Shown piece after piece: positions 61,858-64,000 of a stretch of DNA of 64,000 bases. Location of the stretch: contig CAZTUJ010000001.1 of the NCBI GenBank assembly GCA_964616855.1, forward strand, positions 320,301-384,300, read 5' to 3'. The first letter of the stretch is position 1, and each line of letters starts with the position of its first letter. The translations under genes and the position numbers were made by a program. The notes beneath the pieces are model-generated. The model worked only from the letters and a program-made list of their open reading frames with translations, was not told where the DNA came from and made no database searches. The DNA is from an uncultured Gammaproteobacteria bacterium (lineage in GTDB: Bacteria; Patescibacteriota; Patescibacteriia; Patescibacteriales; UBA12465).

Positions 61858-63273
61858 ATGAAAAAACCGGAACTATTTTTTAGTTTCTTGCTCGTGCCTT
61901 TAGACTATGCGCTTTTGCTCTTAGCGGCAGTTTCCGCTTATCATCTGCGTTTTTCTAGTTTCTCTACGGAAATCAGGCCAGTAATTTTTAGCTTGCCTTT
62001 TGATCGCTATTTTGAGCTGTCGCTGGTAATCGCTTTAGCCTGGCTTTTGCTTTTTGCTTTTGCGGGTATGTATCGCATCCGTCGCCCCGCTAATGTCGCT
62101 CGGGAATTAGCCCGGGTTATTTTGGCTTGTTCCACGGGTCTGGCTTTAATTGCCATTTTTATCTTTTTCCGCCGGGAATTATTCGATTCTCGTTTCATTG
62201 TTATTGCTGCTTGGCTGCTTTCAATCATCTATGTCAGCATTGGCCATCTCTTTATTCGTTATTTACGTCGTCGTCTTTTTCGTTTTGGCGTAGGCATCCG
62301 TCATTTAGTTCTAGTGGGAAACAGTAAGACCACAGATAAGCTCTTGTCTGAATTTGCGGTTAATTCTCATTGGGGCTACAGCGTGGTTAAGCGTTTGCGT
62401 GATTTTTCTCTAGAAAGTGTCCAGGAATTGATGGAAATCATGCAAACTAATCAAGTAGACGAAATCATGCAGAGTGATCCTAATTTAAGTAAAGCGGAGG
62501 CCTTGCGTTTATATGACTTTGCCGCTGAACATCATTTGGTCTATAAATATGTAGCCGATCTTTTAGAGGTTAAGGTTCTGCGCACCGAAGTGAGTGATTT
62601 AGCCGGCATTCCCATTGTGGAAGTAAAAAAGACTACTTTGGATGGCTGGGGGCGTATTTTAAAAAGAATTGTGGATATCGTTGGTTCCAGCATTTTGATT
62701 ATTTTGTTTTCACCAGTCTTATTGCTAGTGGCTTTAGCGGTAAAACTTGACTCCCGCGGTCCGATATTTTTTTCCCGGCGAGATGACGGCAGTTTAGTGA
62801 CTCGCGTGGGCGAAGGTGGTCGGCCTTTTAGTTATTTTAAGTTTCGCTCTATGATTGTTAATTCCGACAGCATGCGTTATAAGGAGTTAGCGGATCGGAA
62901 TTTACGCACTGACGGTCCTTTGGTAAAGATCCAAGATGACCCCCGGGTGACCAGAGTGGGTAAAATTATTCGCCGCTGGTCTTTAGATGAATTGCCGGAA
63001 TTATTTTTAGTCTTTATCGGTAAGATGAGCTTAGTTGGCCCCCGTCCCCATTTGCCGGAAGAGGTGGCCAAATATGAGCATCATCACCGCAAGACTTTAA
63101 CCATTAAGCCGGGTATTACCGGGATGGCTCAGATTTCCGGACGCAGCGACCTGCTTTTTGAAGAAGAGGTAAAACTGGATGTTTATTATTTAGAAAATTG
63201 GTCTTTATTGCTCGATATCTCCATCCTCTTCAAAACCCCTTTGGCGGTTTTGAAGCATCGGGAGGCGGAATAA
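61858..63273 (+). CDS. Polyprenyl-phosphate glycosyl-1-phosphate transferase (bacterial sugar transferase, WbaP/EpsL-like)
   Basis: ATG at 61858. Five N-terminal TM segments and the C-terminal hallmark RWSLDELPELFLVFIGKMSLVGPRP...PGITGMAQISGR. Confidence 0.85.
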   Translation: MKKPELFFSFLLVPLDYALLLLAAVSAYHLRFSSFSTEIRPVIFSLPFDRYFELSLVIALAWLLLFAFAGMYRIRRPANVARELARVILACSTGLALIAIFIFFRRELFDSRFIVIAAWLLSIIYVSIGHLFIRYLRRRLFRFGVGIRHLVLVGNSKTTDKLLSEFAVNSHWGYSVVKRLRDFSLESVQELMEIMQTNQVDEIMQSDPNLSKAEALRLYDFAAEHHLVYKYVADLLEVKVLRTEVSDLAGIPIVEVKKTTLDGWGRILKRIVDIVGSSILIILFSPVLLLVALAVKLDSRGPIFFSRRDDGSLVTRVGEGGRPFSYFKFRSMIVNSDSMRYKELADRNLRTDGPLVKIQDDPRVTRVGKIIRRWSLDELPELFLVFIGKMSLVGPRPHLPEEVAKYEHHHRKTLTIKPGITGMAQISGRSDLLFEEEVKLDVYYLENWSLLLDISILFKTPLAVLKHREAE

Positions 63274-63324
63274 TAATTAAAAGCAGGTGGCGGTTTCCGG
63301 ACCACTGTCCGCTCTTAACTTAAC

Positions 63325-64000
63325 ATGAAAGTTGCTTTAATCCACGACCACCTTGCCCAAGAGGGCGGGGCGGAAAAAGTTTTAAAAATCTTGGCAGAAA
63401 TGTTTCCGGAGGCACCAATCTACACGCTTCTTTACGAGAAGAAAAATGTAGATAAAAATTTTGCCGGCCGACACATTGAGACCTCAATTATTCAGAGGTT
63501 ACCCGGTGGCGTCCGCCACTATAAGTGGTATCTTTTTTTCATGCCGATGGCGGTTGAATTTTTTGACTTGCGTAATTTTGATTTAGTAATTTCTGATGCC
63601 AGTGCTTTTGCTAAAGGTGTTATCACTTCTCCTGAGACTGTGCATATCTGCTATTGTCATACGCCCACTCGTTATCTTTGGAGCGATGCCCATCAGTATT
63701 TAAATGAACTTAAATATAATAAATGGGTAAAGAAAATTATTTCTTTAACTCTCGGCCGTCTGCGTCTTTGGGATTTTGTCGCCGCTCAGCGAGTTGATCA
63801 CTTTATTGCTAATTCGGCCACCGTCCAAAAACGAATTATTAAATACTACCGCCGTGATTCCAAAATTATTTATCCGCCGGTAGAGACAGAAAAATTTAAG
63901 ATTAGTGATTTGAGCCGACAGAGTCGATCCGAGCGCTATTTTCTCCTTGGTTGTCGTTTGGCACCCTATAAGCGGGTGGATATTGTGGTTCAAGCTTTTA
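63325..64000 (+). CDS. Glycosyltransferase family 4-like protein (5' part, runs off the window)
   Basis: My own translation from the ATG at 63325: MKVALIHDHLAQEGGAEKVLKILAEMFPEAPIYTLL... The frame is open to the window end. The N-terminal pattern is typical of GT4 enzymes. Confidence 0.7.
   Translation, partial: MKVALIHDHLAQEGGAEKVLKILAEMFPEAPIYTLLYEKKNVDKNFAGRHIETSIIQRLPGGVRHYKWYLFFMPMAVEFFDLRNFDLVISDASAFAKGVITSPETVHICYCHTPTRYLWSDAHQYLNELKYNKWVKKIISLTLGRLRLWDFVAAQRVDHFIANSATVQKRIIKYYRRDSKIIYPPVETEKFKISDLSRQSRSERYFLLGCRLAPYKRVDIVVQAF

Overview
This 64-kb window looks like a streamlined genome, possibly Patescibacteria/CPR-type. That placement is an inference from gene content only: many short orphan membrane and secreted proteins, two giant orphan proteins, an O-antigen-ligase+TPR protein, and a single-pass TM partner next to an ECF sigma factor. 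I call about 70 protein genes. Most are separate units with a TTGACA-N17-TATAAT-like promoter and a hairpin plus T-run terminator. The only RNA gene I recognise is RNase P RNA (about 61428-61804). I saw no rRNA, tRNA, CRISPR array, transposase or integrase. Recognisable functions include metal homeostasis (NRAMP, P-type ATPase, Fur/Zur-type regulator with a ZnuABC-like transporter, ferritin, two SIMPL proteins), MscL, RlmH, HU, LexA, AlkD-like repair, YjjX NTPase, PIN-PhoH, ABC-F, an orphan histidine kinase, two ECF sigma factors, a RelE/XRE toxin-antitoxin pair, a 1190-aa S-layer-like surface protein and the start of a glycan gene cluster. The most notable observations are: (1) a TGTAAC-N16-CGTAT ECF-type promoter motif found three times (plus one weaker variant), twice followed by GC-rich, ORF-free, strongly structured leaders, one of which ends in an intrinsic terminator about 30 nt before an MFS transporter gene (riboswitch/attenuator layout); (2) a 640-nt GC-rich ORF-free segment directly upstream of the S-layer-like gene; (3) a TAAGTCTA-N8-TAGACTTA palindrome found three times around an HTH gene and the second ECF sigma locus; (4) a promoter-CDS-terminator cassette for an unknown 4-TM protein present in three copies; (5) two conserved enzymes each interrupted by one in-frame stop (TGA, TAA), plus a 5'-truncated gene remnant. 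All functional calls rest on motif recognition by eye; no database search was possible.
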